A DNA stretch of 64,000 nt from Trueperaceae bacterium (GTDB lineage: Bacteria > Deinococcota > Deinococci > Deinococcales > Trueperaceae): assembly GCA_034520945.1 (NCBI GenBank), contig JAXHNB010000005.1, positions 192,001 through 256,000 on the forward strand, read 5' to 3'. Below the pieces are notes generated by a model. It saw only the letters and a program-made list of their open reading frames with translations, did no database searches and had not been told where the DNA came from. Positions 1-12,865 of this stretch are shown piece after piece (position 1 is the stretch's first letter; each line of letters begins with the position of its first letter). A program made the translations under genes and the position numbers.

Positions 1-1
1 G

Positions 2-1279
2 GTCGCGCTGTCGGCGCTGTACTACGCCTTGCTGCTCAAGGATCTGGGGTGCAGCAGCAACGCTTCGCGGCTGACGGCGACCTTCGGGGCGGACGACCAG
101 CGCGTGAAGCGCGCGTTCAAATTCACGGACCTCGACAGCCTGGTCGACGGTGCGCGATTCGTGTTGGGCCAGGCCGGTCGCGCCGCCCTCAGGCGTGGCG
201 GCGTCCGCGCGTGGTTTCGGCACGTCCGTGTCGTCGCCAGCGGCGAGGGCGGCGGTCATCGGAGCCTGACGGAGATCCGCTGCGAACGTGGGGCGGACAT
301 CGCCCGCGAGCTCGGCTTCCCGGCCGCGACCTCCGAAGCGATCCGGGCTCTGGACGAACACTGGGACGGCGGCGGCCACCCGTACGGGTTGGCGCGCGAG
401 GCGATCCCCATGCTCGGACGCATCCTCTGCTTGTCGCAGACGGTCGAGGTGTTCCACGCCGCCCGTGGACCGGCGGCGGCGCGGACCGTGGCACGAAGGC
501 GCGCCGGCCGCTGGTTCGACCCGGACGTGGTCGAGGCGTTCCTGGCTGCCCAGGCGGCGCGCGGGTTCTGGGATCGGATCGCGAGCAAGGAGGTAGAGTC
601 GCACGTCACCGACCTAGAACCTGCCGAGCACGTGTTGCGCGCGGACGAGGCGCGCTTGGACCGGATCGCGGAAGCGTTCGCGCGGGTCATCGACGCCAAG
701 TCGCCGTGGACCTACCGCCACTCCGAGCGGGTGCGCGCCTTCGCGGCGGGCATCGCCGGCGAAGTGGGGCTGCCGCCCGAGCGTCGCACGGTCCTCCACC
801 GGGCGGCGCTGCTGCACGACCTCGGCAAGCTGGCCGTGCCGAACACGATCCTCGACAAACCGGGCAAGCTGACGGACGACGAGTTCGCCACCATCCGGCG
901 TCACCCCGCTCTCAGCGAGCGGATCGTGCGCCGGGTCGTCCCGTTCGACCAGGTGGCCGCCATCGCCGGCGCACACCACGAGCGGATCGACGGACGTGGC
1001 TACCACCAGGGCCGCCCTGCGAACGCCCTGCCGCTGGAGGCCCGTATTCTGGCGACGGCCGATGCGTTCGAGGCGATGACCGCGTCACGCCCGTACCGAG
1101 ACGGCATGCCGGTCGAACGGGCGCTCGGGATTCTCCGCGACGACGCGGGTGCCGGGGTCGAGGCCGCATGTCTCGACGCGCTGGAACGGTTCCTGGCGGC
1201 GGACGAGGGGCGCCGCTTGACGAGCGCGTCCGAGCCGGACGGACCCGTCTCGAACGGGCCGGGTCCGAGCACACCCTAG
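2..1279 (+). CDS. Tandem HD/HD-GYP domain phosphohydrolase (5' partial)
   Basis: N-terminal KDLGCSSN...DEHWDGGGHPYG and C-terminal HSERV, LLHDLGK, HHERIDGRGY, RPYR motifs; frame open to the window edge. Confidence 0.85.
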   Translation, partial: VALSALYYALLLKDLGCSSNASRLTATFGADDQRVKRAFKFTDLDSLVDGARFVLGQAGRAALRRGGVRAWFRHVRVVASGEGGGHRSLTEIRCERGADIARELGFPAATSEAIRALDEHWDGGGHPYGLAREAIPMLGRILCLSQTVEVFHAARGPAAARTVARRRAGRWFDPDVVEAFLAAQAARGFWDRIASKEVESHVTDLEPAEHVLRADEARLDRIAEAFARVIDAKSPWTYRHSERVRAFAAGIAGEVGLPPERRTVLHRAALLHDLGKLAVPNTILDKPGKLTDDEFATIRRHPALSERIVRRVVPFDQVAAIAGAHHERIDGRGYHQGRPANALPLEARILATADAFEAMTASRPYRDGMPVERALGILRDDAGAGVEAACLDALERFLAADEGRRLTSASEPDGPVSNGPGPSTP

Positions 1280-1379
1280 CGGTGCGCAGAACGCGCCTTC
1301 GCGGCGATGCCGCAGCCCCCACCGCGCCTGATGCGCAAGACGGGGGGCCGTCGTACACGCCGCAACACAGCGCATCGCC

Positions 1380-2906
1380 TCAGCGCGCGTCGGCACCGTC
1401 GGGCTCGAGCGGCGGGGCGTGGGCGCGGAAGCGCGCGTAGGCGTCCTCCAGCGCGGGACCCGGCCGCGGCGCCCACTCACGGTCGATCGTCGGGGCGGGC
1501 ACGCGGTGCCCACGTGCTCGCCACGCCAGCACCGCCGCACCGTGCGCCGCGCCGGGCACGTCGGCGGGCACGCCGATCGGTACGTTCAGCACGTCGGCCA
1601 GCAGGCGGATCCACCCGTCGCCCCGGGCGCCCCCGCCCGTGGCGAGCAGGCGACCGGGCGTGCCCAGTGGCTGCATGACCCCCCACACGTCGCGCAGGCT
1701 GAAGGCGACCCCTTCCAGCACGGCACGGACCAGGTCGTCGTCCTCGCTGGCGAGCGACAGGCCTTTGAATCCGCCGCGCAGGTCCGGGTCCAGGAACGGA
1801 CTTCGTTCGCCCGCCAAGTACGGCAGGAAGGTGACGCCGCCCGCGCCGATCGGGCGCTCCAGCGCCCGCGCGACCCGGTCTCCGGTCTGCTCCTCTGGCA
1901 CGCCGGTGCGGCGCATCCACCACGCCAGGCTTCCCGCCGCGGCGAGGGTGACGCCCAGAAGGTTCCAGGAGCCGTCCGCATGGGCGAACAAATGGATCCG
2001 CCCGTGCGGATCGGGCGTCGGCTCGGAGAGGGGGGCGAACAGCACGCCGGACGTGCCCAGGCTCAGCGAACCGAGGTCGGGCGCGCCTTGCCCCAGGCCC
2101 AGCGCGGTGGCGGCGGCCGCGTTGTCGCCCGCGCCGGCCACCACCGGCGTGCCGTCCGCCAGGCCGGTCGCGTGGGCCGCCTCGGCGGTGAGCGTCCCGA
2201 CCACATCGTCCGAGCGGACCAGCTGCGGGAACAGCTCCTTCGCGATCCCGACGCGGTCCAGCAGCTCGCCGTCCCAGTCGCCCGTGGCGGGTGACCAGGC
2301 GCCGGAACCGCTGGCGTCGGTCGGCTCCGCCGCAGCGACGCCGGTCAGACGGTAGGCGATCCAGTCCTTGGGGAACAGCACGGTTCGCAGGCGGGCGTAG
2401 GCGTCCGGTTCCTCGTCCCGCAGCCACAGGACCTTCGGCAGCTGGAAGCCGGTGACGGCCGGGTTGCCGGTGCGGCGGACCAGCTCGTCGCGGGGGACGG
2501 CGGCCTCCAGTTCGCGGACCTGGGCGGCGGTGCGTTGGTCGTTCCACAACAGCGCCGGACGTAGGGGGGCGCCGTCTTCGTCCAGTGGGACCATGCCGTG
2601 CATCTGGCCTGACACGCCGACGGCCTCGACGCGGTGCGGGTCGATCCGCGACGTCAGCGCGCGCAGGGCCTCGCCGGCGGCCTGCCACCAGGCGGTCGGG
2701 TCCTGCTCGGTCCAGCCAGGCTGGGGGGTGAGCAACGGATAGTGTCCGGACGCCTCGAACGCGACCGATCCGTCGGGCCGGAGCGCGACCGCCTTCAGGC
2801 CGCTGGTGCCGACGTCCAGGCCGATCGTGACCGAGGCCTCGCGTACCGACGCGGCCGACGGCGCCGGCTTCGCGCGGGTCGCGGCGTGAGCGTCCGGACG
2901 GCTCAT
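1380..2906 (-). CDS. xylB: Xylulokinase (FGGY family)
   Basis: [42 protein letters not shown] motifs; ATG overlaps the xylA stop (ATGA). Confidence 0.93.
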   Translation of the reverse strand: MSRPDAHAATRAKPAPSAASVREASVTIGLDVGTSGLKAVALRPDGSVAFEASGHYPLLTPQPGWTEQDPTAWWQAAGEALRALTSRIDPHRVEAVGVSGQMHGMVPLDEDGAPLRPALLWNDQRTAAQVRELEAAVPRDELVRRTGNPAVTGFQLPKVLWLRDEEPDAYARLRTVLFPKDWIAYRLTGVAAAEPTDASGSGAWSPATGDWDGELLDRVGIAKELFPQLVRSDDVVGTLTAEAAHATGLADGTPVVAGAGDNAAAATALGLGQGAPDLGSLSLGTSGVLFAPLSEPTPDPHGRIHLFAHADGSWNLLGVTLAAAGSLAWWMRRTGVPEEQTGDRVARALERPIGAGGVTFLPYLAGERSPFLDPDLRGGFKGLSLASEDDDLVRAVLEGVAFSLRDVWGVMQPLGTPGRLLATGGGARGDGWIRLLADVLNVPIGVPADVPGAAHGAAVLAWRARGHRVPAPTIDREWAPRPGPALEDAYARFRAHAPPLEPDGADAR

Positions 2907-4069
2907 GGCGTGCCCAGCAGGATCTCGATGACGCGTTGGTCGATCCGCTCCAGGCCCGGACCGCGGGCACGGAGCGTGTCCAGGGGAAGATCGCGTTCCT
3001 TGAGGGCGGCCGCGTTGTCGGGGCTGTACCGCATCAGGCTCTCCAGCTCGGCGTCGGACACGCGGTAGGCGGCCAGTGCCCGTTGCAGCTCGTCGTCCTC
3101 CTCCAGGTGGCGGGCCTTGGCGGCCAGAATCTTGTAGGTCCGCATGCAGCCGGCCGCGAACGTCCACACGCCGGCGGGGTCCTCGGTGCGCAGCGCGTGC
3201 GCGTCGAAGTGCTTGGGGCCGTCGTAGTGCTTCTCGAGCAGGGCGACGGTGAACAGCGCCGCCTTCGGATTCTCGGCGCCGAAGCGCAGGTCCTGGTCGA
3301 AGCGGGCCATCTTCTGGTCGTTCAGGTCGACGTGGTACAGCTTGCCGGCGTCGATCGCCTGCGCCAGCGCGTGCGGGAACGACAGGCCCGCCATCGTCTC
3401 GTGCGCGAACTCGGGGTTCACGCCGAACCGGTCTGGCTCGTCCAGGGTGGCGATGAACCCCAGCAGGCTGCCGACGGTCGGCAGGAACAGGTCTCCGCGC
3501 GGCTCGTTGGGTTTCGGCTCCAACGCGAAACGCAGGTCGTAGCCCTGGTCCCGCACGTAGGCGGCGAGGTAGTTCAGCGCCTCGCGGTACCAGGCCAGCG
3601 CGTCGGTGAGCTTGCCGGCCCCGTCGACCTCACTGCCCTCGCGCCCGCCCCAGAACACGTACGTCTTCGCGCCCAGCCGCACGCCCAGGTCGATGTTGCG
3701 CATCACCTTCTGCAGGGCGTACGCACGCACGCGCGCGTCGGCGCTGGTGAAGGCGCCGTCCCGGAACGCGGGGTCGCCGAACAGGTTGGTGGTCGCCATC
3801 GGCACCACCATGCCGGTCTCCCGGAGGGCGGCCTCGAAGGCGCGCACGATGCGCTCCCGTTCGGCGGGCGCGGCGTCGCGTGGCACCAGGTCGTCGTCGT
3901 GAAAGTTGACGCCCCACGCGCCGAGCTCCGCCAGGCGGTGGACCGTGTCCACCGGGTCCAGCGGCGGGCGCGTGGGCTCTCCGAACGGGTCGCGGCCCAC
4001 GTTGCCCACCGTCCACAACCCGAAGCTGAAGCGGTCCTCGGGCGTGGGGGCGAAGGGATCGGTGCTCAT
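2903..4069 (-). CDS. xylA: Xylose isomerase (class I)
   Basis: [45 protein letters not shown] motifs. Confidence 0.96.
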   Translation of the reverse strand: MSTDPFAPTPEDRFSFGLWTVGNVGRDPFGEPTRPPLDPVDTVHRLAELGAWGVNFHDDDLVPRDAAPAERERIVRAFEAALRETGMVVPMATTNLFGDPAFRDGAFTSADARVRAYALQKVMRNIDLGVRLGAKTYVFWGGREGSEVDGAGKLTDALAWYREALNYLAAYVRDQGYDLRFALEPKPNEPRGDLFLPTVGSLLGFIATLDEPDRFGVNPEFAHETMAGLSFPHALAQAIDAGKLYHVDLNDQKMARFDQDLRFGAENPKAALFTVALLEKHYDGPKHFDAHALRTEDPAGVWTFAAGCMRTYKILAAKARHLEEDDELQRALAAYRVSDAELESLMRYSPDNAAALKERDLPLDTLRARGPGLERIDQRVIEILLGTP

Positions 4070-5213
4070 TCGCGCGTCTCCGAGGAAAACGGCGTCCACT
4101 TGTCATTGCTGGCGGCGCTGGCGACGGTCGCCTCGATGAAGCGCACGCCGCGCGCGCCGTCGCGCACGTTCGGGAAGTCCGCGTCCTGCTGCCCGCGGAT
4201 GGCGGCCGCGATGCCGCCGTACACGTTGGCGAACGCCTCCAGGTAGCCCTCGGGATGCCCGGGCGGGACGCGGCCCAGCTCCTGGGCGGCGGGGTACAGG
4301 CCCGGCCCGTTGCGGGTGTAGATGCGCGCGGGCTCGTCGTTTCGGAGGTAGGTCAGGCGGTTCGGGGTCTCCTGGCGCCAGTCCAGGCCGCCTTCGGCGC
4401 CGTACACCCGCAGGCGCAGGTCGTTCTCCTCGCCGACCTCGACCTGCGAGGCGATCAGGACGCCCTTGGCGCCGCCGTGGAAGCGCAGCAGGAGGTTGCC
4501 GTCGTCGTCCAACAGCCGGCCGGGCACGAAGGTGGTGAGGTCGGCGCACAGCGCCTCGAGCTCCAGGCCCGTCACGGTGGACACCAGGTTCTCGGCGTGC
4601 GAGCCGATGTCGCCGATCGCGCCGGCCATGCCGCTGCGCTCGGGGTCGGTGCGCCACTCGGCCTGCTTGACGCCCTCGTCCTCCAACTTGGACGCCAGCC
4701 AACCCTGGTTGTACTCGATGATCACCTTGCGCAGCTTGCCCAGCATGCCGTCGCGGATCATCTCGCGCGCCTGGCGCACCATGGCGTAGCCGGTGTAGTT
4801 GTAGGTGACGCCGAACACGATGCCGGCCTGGTGGGCCGTGGCGACGAGATCGTCGGCCTGCTCGGCGTTCAGTGCCAACGGCTTGTCGCAGATCACGTGG
4901 ATGCCCGCTTCGGCGAACGCCTTGGCGACGGGGTGATGCACGTGGTTGGGGGTGACGATGGCGACCGCCTCGATGCGGGTATCACTGTCCAGGCCGCGTT
5001 CGGCCTCCAGCATCTCCTCCCAGCTCTCGTACACGCGGGGCAGGCCCAGCGCCTCGCCCGAGGCGCGCGCCTTGTCCGGGGTGGAGGACAGCGCGCCGGC
5101 GACCAGCTCGAAGTTGCCGTCCAGGCGGGCGGCGATGCGGTGCACGGCGCCGATGAAGGCGTCCTTGCCGCCGCCGACCATGCCGAGGCGGATGGGGCGG
5201 GCGGGTTCGCGGA

Positions 5214-5217
<4 letters not shown>
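4066..5217 (-). CDS. Gfo/Idh/MocA family NAD(P)-dependent oxidoreductase
   Basis: [35 protein letters not shown]; start MIREP overlaps the upstream stop. Confidence 0.9.
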
Positions 5218-6221
<1,004 letters not shown>

Positions 6222-6238
6222 GGTGCTCCTTTCGGGAT

Positions 6239-6266
6239 GTCGGGCGCCCCCGCTGGGGCGCCCGAC
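6239..6266 (-). terminator. Intercistronic 12-bp stem-loop after the solute-binding gene (mRNA stabiliser or partial terminator)
   Basis: GTCGGGCGCCCC-CGCT-GGGGCGCCCGAC perfect inverted repeat, no U-tract. Confidence 0.6.
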
Positions 6267-6282
6267 GATGCTTCCCGTCCGC

Positions 6283-7224
6283 TCAGAACGCGGCGTCGGG
6301 GAAGTAGTAGTCCTCTGCGTTCTCCTGCGTGATCAGCGTGGCGCCGAGGATGTACTCGCCCAGCACCGGCACGTCGGAGTAGTAGTTCAGCGCGGTCACT
6401 TCCATGCCGGTGGCGATCATGGCGGGCGGGTACAGCACGTCGACCGGTACGAGGTCGTCGCCCTCCATGACGCGCTTGATCATCTCCTTCATGCCGGCGC
6501 CGCCGACGATGAACATCTCGTCGGTGCGGCCCGCCTGCTCCAAGGCGGCGATGACGCCGACGGCGATGTCGTCGTCCTGGGCCCACACGGCGTCGATCTG
6601 GTCGAAGCGGGACAGGAAGTCCTGCATCACCTCGAAGCCGTCGTCGCGGTTCCAGTTGGCGTACTGCGAGTCCAGCACCTCGATGTCGGTCTCATTCAGC
6701 ACCTCCATGCAGCCGTCGAAGCGCTGGTTGTCGATGACGGTCGGGATGCCGCGCAGGATCACGATCTGGCCTTCGCCGTCAAGGCGATCTGCGATGTACT
6801 CGCAGCTGACGCGCCCCATCTCGGGGTTGTTGCCGGCCACGTAGACGTCACGGATGCCGGGGTCGGTCAGGCCGCGGTCCACCACGGTGACGAACACGCC
6901 CTGCTCCTTGACTTCGGCCACGGGCGCGGTCAGCGGGTCGGACTCGAACGGCAGGATGACCAGCGCGTCGATCTGCTCGATGGCGACCAGGTCCTGCAGG
7001 TCGTTCGCTTGTTCGGTGGAGCTTCCGGCGCTGACGACGACGACGTCGAGGCCGGGGTAGCGCGCTTCGAGCTCGGTCTCGGCCTTGTCGGCCCACCAGT
7101 TCACGCCGCCGGTCCAGCCGTGCGTGGCGGCGGGGATGGAGACGCCGATGGTGACCTCTTGCTCTTGGGCGGCGCCCAGGCCGAAGGCCAAGAGGACGGA
7201 GAGGGCGAGTGCGATTCGTGTCAT
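6283..7224 (-). CDS. Sugar ABC transporter substrate-binding protein (RbsB-like)
   Basis: Signal peptide [37 protein letters not shown] upstream. Confidence 0.9.
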   Translation of the reverse strand: MTRIALALSVLLAFGLGAAQEQEVTIGVSIPAATHGWTGGVNWWADKAETELEARYPGLDVVVVSAGSSTEQANDLQDLVAIEQIDALVILPFESDPLTAPVAEVKEQGVFVTVVDRGLTDPGIRDVYVAGNNPEMGRVSCEYIADRLDGEGQIVILRGIPTVIDNQRFDGCMEVLNETDIEVLDSQYANWNRDDGFEVMQDFLSRFDQIDAVWAQDDDIAVGVIAALEQAGRTDEMFIVGGAGMKEMIKRVMEGDDLVPVDVLYPPAMIATGMEVTALNYYSDVPVLGEYILGATLITQENAEDYYFPDAAF

Positions 7225-7298
7225 GTGTTTCCTCCCTGTGCGTGCGGGGATGCGAGAGATGCCAAGCGTGCGGGGTCGAGCGGGCGCACCACCTCCCT

Positions 7299-8297
7299 TC
7301 AGCGGTTCTTGCCGCGTTGGAGAAGGACGGCCAGGATGATGATCACGCCCTGGACCGCCTGGTTCAGGTAGTTGCTGATCACGTCGGTGAGGTTCAGGAC
7401 GTTGCCGATCGTCGACAGCAGCACCGCGCCGACGATGGTGCCCCACACGTGCCCGGAGCCCCCCTTGAGGGCCGTGCCGCCGATGATCACGGCCGCGATG
7501 GCTTCGAGTTCCCACAGCACGCCGGTGGACCCCGACGCCGAGCCCAGGCGCGGGACGTAGATGATGACGGCCAGCGCGACGCACAGGCCCTGAATGACGT
7601 AGGTGAGGGTCTTGATGCGCTGGACGCGGATGGCGGAGTAGCGCGCGACGGCCTCGTTGCTGCCGATCGCGAACACGTAGCGGCCGAAGCGGGTGCGGTG
7701 CAGCACCAGCGCCCCGATGCCGGCCACGCCCGCGAAGATCCAGATCGGCCAGGGGATACCGAGAAAGGAGCCGTAGTACAGCGGGCGGGTGACGCCGCGA
7801 AGCGTGAGGTCCAGCGAGATGGTCCCGCCGTCGGCCAGGTACGTCACCAACGAACGGAAGATGCCCAGCGTCCCCAGCGTCACGATGAACGGCTCGATGC
7901 CGCCCCGCGTGATGGTCAAGCCGTTGAAGCTGCCCGCCGCCACGCCGATCAGGACGGCCAGCACGATCCCCGCCAGCAGCACCATCACAGGCGACAGTCC
8001 GGCACCGAACAGGGCGTTCATCGCCAGGATCATGGCGCCGGCCACGAACGCCGCCATCGACCCGACCGACAGGTCGAGACCGCCCGCGATGATCACGAAC
8101 GTGCCGCCGATGGCGATGATGCCGATGAAGGCGCTGCGGGTCAGCACGTTGAAGATGTTGGTGGGGGAGAGGAAGGCGGGGTTCATCAGCGAGCCGATGA
8201 CGATCAGCGCCGCCAGGCCCAGCAGGGGGGTGAGCGTCTGCCACGGGATCCGCACCCGCGTCGGGCGGCGTTCGCTGGCGTCAGGCTGCGTACTCAT
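7299..8297 (-). CDS. Sugar ABC transporter permease (RbsC-like)
   Basis: [43 protein letters not shown]. Confidence 0.93.
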   Translation of the reverse strand: MSTQPDASERRPTRVRIPWQTLTPLLGLAALIVIGSLMNPAFLSPTNIFNVLTRSAFIGIIAIGGTFVIIAGGLDLSVGSMAAFVAGAMILAMNALFGAGLSPVMVLLAGIVLAVLIGVAAGSFNGLTITRGGIEPFIVTLGTLGIFRSLVTYLADGGTISLDLTLRGVTRPLYYGSFLGIPWPIWIFAGVAGIGALVLHRTRFGRYVFAIGSNEAVARYSAIRVQRIKTLTYVIQGLCVALAVIIYVPRLGSASGSTGVLWELEAIAAVIIGGTALKGGSGHVWGTIVGAVLLSTIGNVLNLTDVISNYLNQAVQGVIIILAVLLQRGKNR

Positions 8298-9807
8298 GGC
8301 GGTCCCCCTGGTCCTTGAGTCCGGTGGCGTACTGCACGATCTCGTTTTCCGTCATCTCGTCGCCGTCAAGAATGCCGGTGATCCGGCCGGAGCGCATCAC
8401 CACCACGCGGTGCGACAGGCCGATGATCTCCTGCATCTCGCTGGAGATGACCACCACCGCCAGTCCGGCCTGCGCCAGTTCGTGCACCAGGTGGTAGATC
8501 TGGCGTTTGGTGCCGACGTCGATGCCGCGGGTCGGCTCGTCCAGGATCACGATGCGCGGCTCGCCCAGCAAGATCTTGGCCAGCACCAGCTTCTGCTGAT
8601 TGCCGCCCGAAAGCTCGCCGGCGAGGGCGTCCAGCCGGCCTCCGCGGATGTCGTAGCGCTCCGCGGCCTGCGCCAGCGCCTCCCGTTCGGCCGGCCGGTC
8701 GAGGAACGGGTTGGCGAAGCGTTCCAACGCTTGCAGCGTCAGGTTCGGCGCCAGCCGCATCGCCTGGATCAGACCCTTCACCTTGCGGTCCTCGGTGAGG
8801 TAGACGAGGCCGGCGCGCTTGGCGTCCTCGGGGTGGCGGATCTGGATCGGCTCACCGTCCAGTTCGACCGTGCCCGTCGCGGGGCGGAGGCCCAACAGGC
8901 CCTCGAACGCTTCGGTGCGGCCGGCCCCGACCAGGCCGGCGAAGCCCAGCACCTCGCCCCGGCGAACGTCGAACGAAGCGTTGCGGACGGCGCCCGGCAC
9001 GTCTAGGCCGCGCACGCGCAGCACCACGTCCGCGCCGGGATCGGGCGCCTTGTCGGGGTACATGTCGCTCAGTTCACGGCCGACCATCATCCGGGCCATG
9101 CTGGGGGGGTCGACCTCGCTCACGTCCTGGGTCGCCACCAGGTGGCCGTCGCGCAGCACCGTGACGCGGTCGGCGATGCGGCCGATCTCGTCCAGCTTGT
9201 GCGACACGTAGGCGATCGCCACGCCCTGCGCCTTCAAGCGGCGGATCAGGGCGAACAGCACCTCCGTCTCGGCGCCGGTGAGGACGTCGGTCGGTTCGTC
9301 CATGAACAGCACCCGGGCGTTGCGGGCGACGGCCTTGGCGATCTCGACCATCTGCATCTGCGAGACCGACAGGTAGCGCACGCGCTGGCGCAGATCGACG
9401 TGGGTTTCGAGCTGCTCCAGCAGTTCCCGCGCCTCGCGCTCCATGCGGCGGCGGTCCAGCAGGCCGTTGCGGACGTACTCGCGGCCGAGGAAGATGTTCT
9501 CGGCCGCCCCCAGGTCCTCCACCAGCGCGAACTCCTGGTGGATCAGCACCACGCCGGCCGCCTCGGCCGCGCCGCTGTCGGGGAAGGTCACGGGCCGCCC
9601 GTCCAGCAGGATCTCGCCGGAATCGGCCGTTTCGTAGCCGGAGAGGCACTTCATCAGCGTCGACTTGCCGGCGCCGTTCTCCCCCACGATGGCGTGCACC
9701 TCCCCGGGGGCCAACGTCAGGTCGACGCCGTGCAGCACCTCGATGGGTCCGAACGACTTCCGTAGCGTGCGACAGGCGAGGATGGGGCTCGGCGAGGCGT
9801 CGTCCAT
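8281..9807 (-). CDS. Sugar ABC transporter ATP-binding protein (RbsA-like, two ABC domains)
   Basis: [33 protein letters not shown]. Confidence 0.94.
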   Translation of the reverse strand: MDDASPSPILACRTLRKSFGPIEVLHGVDLTLAPGEVHAIVGENGAGKSTLMKCLSGYETADSGEILLDGRPVTFPDSGAAEAAGVVLIHQEFALVEDLGAAENIFLGREYVRNGLLDRRRMEREARELLEQLETHVDLRQRVRYLSVSQMQMVEIAKAVARNARVLFMDEPTDVLTGAETEVLFALIRRLKAQGVAIAYVSHKLDEIGRIADRVTVLRDGHLVATQDVSEVDPPSMARMMVGRELSDMYPDKAPDPGADVVLRVRGLDVPGAVRNASFDVRRGEVLGFAGLVGAGRTEAFEGLLGLRPATGTVELDGEPIQIRHPEDAKRAGLVYLTEDRKVKGLIQAMRLAPNLTLQALERFANPFLDRPAEREALAQAAERYDIRGGRLDALAGELSGGNQQKLVLAKILLGEPRIVILDEPTRGIDVGTKRQIYHLVHELAQAGLAVVVISSEMQEIIGLSHRVVVMRSGRITGILDGDEMTENEIVQYATGLKDQGDRHEYAA

Positions 9808-9856
9808 GGGGGCTCCGTGTTGCGTGGCCGCGCCGCCTGGGCGGGGCCGCAGGGCG

Positions 9857-9911
9857 TTGAATTGACTGTCTAACTAATTGGGAGCATACTGCGGGTGGCC
9901 GGTGGCGTCAA
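9857..9911. promoter_or_regulatory. Overlapping divergent sigma70-type promoters with candidate ROK operator
   Basis: Minus: TTGACG(9911-9906)-N17-TATGCT(9888-9883). Plus: TTGACT(9862-9867)-N17-CATACT(9885-9890). AT-rich imperfect palindrome TTGAATTGACTGTCTAACTAA at 9857-9877. Confidence 0.7.
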
Positions 9912-9954
9912 CAAGGCGATCGTCCCGGCGACCGCCCGGAGGGAGGAGCCCGCC

Positions 9955-11136
9955 ATGGCGCGCGTCAACCCCGCGCTGATCCGCCAGCTCAACGCCGCCC
10001 GCGTGTTCCACGCGGTACGGCTCACCCCCGGTGCATCGCAACGCCGCCTGTCCGAACTGACCGGTCTGGACAAGGCCACCATCTCGGCGGTGGTCGGACA
10101 ACTGGTCGACGACGGCCTGCTCAGCGGCGTGAAGGCGTCCAGCGGCCGGCCGGGTCGGCCCGAGGTGGCCCTCACCGTCGCGCCGCAGGCCGGCGTGTTG
10201 ATCGGGGCTCGCCTCGAGCTCGGCTCGGTCCGCCTGATGGCGGCCAGCCTGGCGGGCGACCCGATCCGCACCGTCCAGCACCCGGTGGGACGGGAGCCGG
10301 ACGAGGCGCTGGCCCTGCTGACGCGCACGGTGCCGGAACTGATCGATGCGCTGGGCGCTGAGTACGGCCCCGTGCGGGCGCTCGGGGTCGGCGTGCCCGC
10401 GCTGTTCGACGAGCACGGTGCCCTGGCGCTGGCCCCCAACCTCGGGTGGCGCGACGTGCCGGTCCGCGAACGCCTGCGCGCCGAACTCCACGTCCCCGTC
10501 TACGTCGACAACGACACCAAGGCGGCGGTGCTGGCCGAGACCCTGTTCGGCACCTGCCGCGAGGCGCAGGACATCCTGTTCGTGGCCGGCCAGTCCGGCA
10601 TCGGCGCCGCCCTGTACCTCGGCGGCCGTCTCTACCGCGGTCACAGCGGCTTCGCCGGCGAACTCGGTCACGTCAAGGTTCGGCCCGGCGGCCGGCCCTG
10701 CGGCTGCGGCGGCCGCGGCTGCCTGGAGGCCTACGCCTCCGAAGCCGCCATGCTCCGCTCCGCCGCCGAGGCGGGCCTGCCGGCCCGCGATCTGCCCGCC
10801 CTGGTCACCGCCGCCAATGAGGGCGACCGTACCGCCCGCCGCATCCTCCGGCAGGCCGGCGACCTGTTGGGCAACGCCTGCGCCGACCTGGTCACCCTGT
10901 TGAACCCGGAACGGATCGTGCTGGGCGGCGCCATCGCTGCCGCCGCCAGCTACCTGATCCCGCGCATGCGGACGCGGCTGGACCGCCGCGCGCTGGGGCC
11001 GCCCCGCGCCCGCTGCGTCGTGCAGGCCTCCTCCTTCGGCGAGGACGCCGTCACCATGGGGGGCGTCGCCTTGGCGCTGGAAGGGGTCCTGTCCCTGCCC
11101 GCCTGGATGCTGGCCCGCGAGTTCCGCACCGGGTAG
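9955..11136 (+). CDS. ROK family transcriptional repressor (XylR-like)
   Basis: N-terminal HTH (LTGLDKATIS), VDNDTKA, GELGH, CGCGGRGCLEAY; SD GAGGAG upstream; divergent from the sugar operon. Confidence 0.92.
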   Translation: MARVNPALIRQLNAARVFHAVRLTPGASQRRLSELTGLDKATISAVVGQLVDDGLLSGVKASSGRPGRPEVALTVAPQAGVLIGARLELGSVRLMAASLAGDPIRTVQHPVGREPDEALALLTRTVPELIDALGAEYGPVRALGVGVPALFDEHGALALAPNLGWRDVPVRERLRAELHVPVYVDNDTKAAVLAETLFGTCREAQDILFVAGQSGIGAALYLGGRLYRGHSGFAGELGHVKVRPGGRPCGCGGRGCLEAYASEAAMLRSAAEAGLPARDLPALVTAANEGDRTARRILRQAGDLLGNACADLVTLLNPERIVLGGAIAAAASYLIPRMRTRLDRRALGPPRARCVVQASSFGEDAVTMGGVALALEGVLSLPAWMLAREFRTG

Positions 11137-11238
11137 GACGCGGGACGGCGCGCCCTTCACGCCCGCCTGACAAGCGCGGTAGCATCCTGCGCGGTCGGCG
11201 CGGCCCCCGCGCCCGAACCCGCGACCAGGAGGACGTAC

Positions 11239-12327
11239 GTGCCCAGCGCTGATTCGACCCGCCCCTCGGACGCACCGATTCGCGCCGCCCTCGTCGGCGT
11301 CGGCGGCATCTCGCCCCTCCACGCCGAGGGGTACCGGCGGGCCGGCGCCGAGATCGTGGCGCTGGCCGACGTCGACGAAGCCACGCTGGCGCGCCGCGCC
11401 GAGGCGTGGTCCGTGCCGGCGACCTACCGCGACGCGGCCCGCATGTTCGCGGAGGTCCGGCCCGACGTGGTCACGATCGCCACGCCGGTGTCCACCCATC
11501 ACGAGGTGGTGATGGCCGCCGCGAAGGCCGGCGTGCACGTGCTGTGCGAGAAGCCGATCAGCCTGGACCTGCGCCGCGCCGACGAGATGATCATTGCCTG
11601 CCGCGACGCCGGCGTGGTGCTCCAGATCGGGCATCAGCTGCGCTCGGACGGCGCGGTCGCCCAGGCAGGGCGCATGATCGATGAGGGCACCCTCGGCGAC
11701 ATCGCCTTCGTGCGCCTACGGCAGGCACACGACTGGGGCGGCGCGCACGAGGTGCGCGCCAGCTTCGCGACCCGCGCCTCGGGCGGCGGCGGCACGCTGC
11801 TGGACAACGGCTGCCACATGATGGACCTGGCCCGCTTCTTCGCGGGGAACGTCGAGGAGGTGTACACCCGCATGGCCACCCGCAAGTGGGGGGTCGAGCT
11901 GGAGGACACCTCGCTGGTGTCGCTGCGCTTCGCCTCGGGCGCGCTGGGGTCGATCGAGAACGGCTGGACCGCGACCGGCTGGGAGGAGGGGTTCTGGATC
12001 TACGGCAGCGAGGGCTCGCTGGAGTACACCAACCGCCACCAGGCGCCGGTCCTCCGGCACGCCTTCCGTGATTCGCCCGGCACCACCTGGGCCGGCACCG
12101 ACGTCAGCGAGACCCGCTTCGCCGGCGACCGGGCGCACCACCGCCAGGTGCGCGCGTTCCTGCAGGCCGTCCGCGGCGAGCGCGACGTCGTCTGCCGCGG
12201 CGAGGACGGCCGCGAGGCGGTCCGGCTGGTCCTGGCCGCCTACGACAGCGCCGACGCCAACCGGCCGTTGCCGGTGGACCGTGCGTCGACGTCGCTGGAC
12301 TCGGCGGGGGTGGCGCCGGGGGACTGA
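11239..12327 (+). CDS. Gfo/Idh/MocA family oxidoreductase
   Basis: LVGVGGIS, IATPVSTH, LCEKPI, GGTLLDNGCH. Confidence 0.9.
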   Translation: MPSADSTRPSDAPIRAALVGVGGISPLHAEGYRRAGAEIVALADVDEATLARRAEAWSVPATYRDAARMFAEVRPDVVTIATPVSTHHEVVMAAAKAGVHVLCEKPISLDLRRADEMIIACRDAGVVLQIGHQLRSDGAVAQAGRMIDEGTLGDIAFVRLRQAHDWGGAHEVRASFATRASGGGGTLLDNGCHMMDLARFFAGNVEEVYTRMATRKWGVELEDTSLVSLRFASGALGSIENGWTATGWEEGFWIYGSEGSLEYTNRHQAPVLRHAFRDSPGTTWAGTDVSETRFAGDRAHHRQVRAFLQAVRGERDVVCRGEDGREAVRLVLAAYDSADANRPLPVDRASTSLDSAGVAPGD

Positions 12328-12365
12328 AGGAGCGACGCCGCGCGCCGCGCCGGTGCAGGCGCGCT

Positions 12366-12704
12366 TCAGCGATCGTCGCCGGAGCCGCCGATCACGCCGC
12401 GCGACGCCCGGTCCGCCAGCTTGTCGAGGTTCGCGCGGGCGACCTCCTCCAGCGAGATGCCCAGGTCGGCCGAGATGCTGGCCAGGTACCACAGCACGTC
12501 GCCCAACTCCCGCGTCAGCGCCTCCCGCGCGCCGAGCGGCAGCGCCTCGCCCGGCCGCCAGCCCTCGTCGCGCATCAGCTTGCCGAGCTTCTCGCTCACC
12601 TCGCCGGCCTCGCCACTCAGCTTGAGGACGGGGTACAGCAGCCGCGCTTCGTCGGGGTAGTGGGCGGTGGCGCGGGCGCCCTCCTGATACTCCTGAAGCG
12701 TCAT
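12366..12704 (-). CDS. MazG-like nucleoside triphosphate pyrophosphohydrolase
   Basis: LSGEAGEVSEK, ELGDVLWY, NLDKLADR...GSGDDR. Confidence 0.88.
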   Translation of the reverse strand: MTLQEYQEGARATAHYPDEARLLYPVLKLSGEAGEVSEKLGKLMRDEGWRPGEALPLGAREALTRELGDVLWYLASISADLGISLEEVARANLDKLADRASRGVIGGSGDDR

Positions 12705-12865
12705 GGCGGGATGCTACCAGCCCCCGTCCCGACGAGCCTTGGACGGGCGCCGCGTTGACGTGCGGCCGGTGCCGTGGTAGCCGTGCACGCGTCCACACCA
12801 CAACCGTACGTCTCGCTGGAAATTCCGGAACCATCAGGGGGCGAGAACCATGGTGCGCCCATTCC

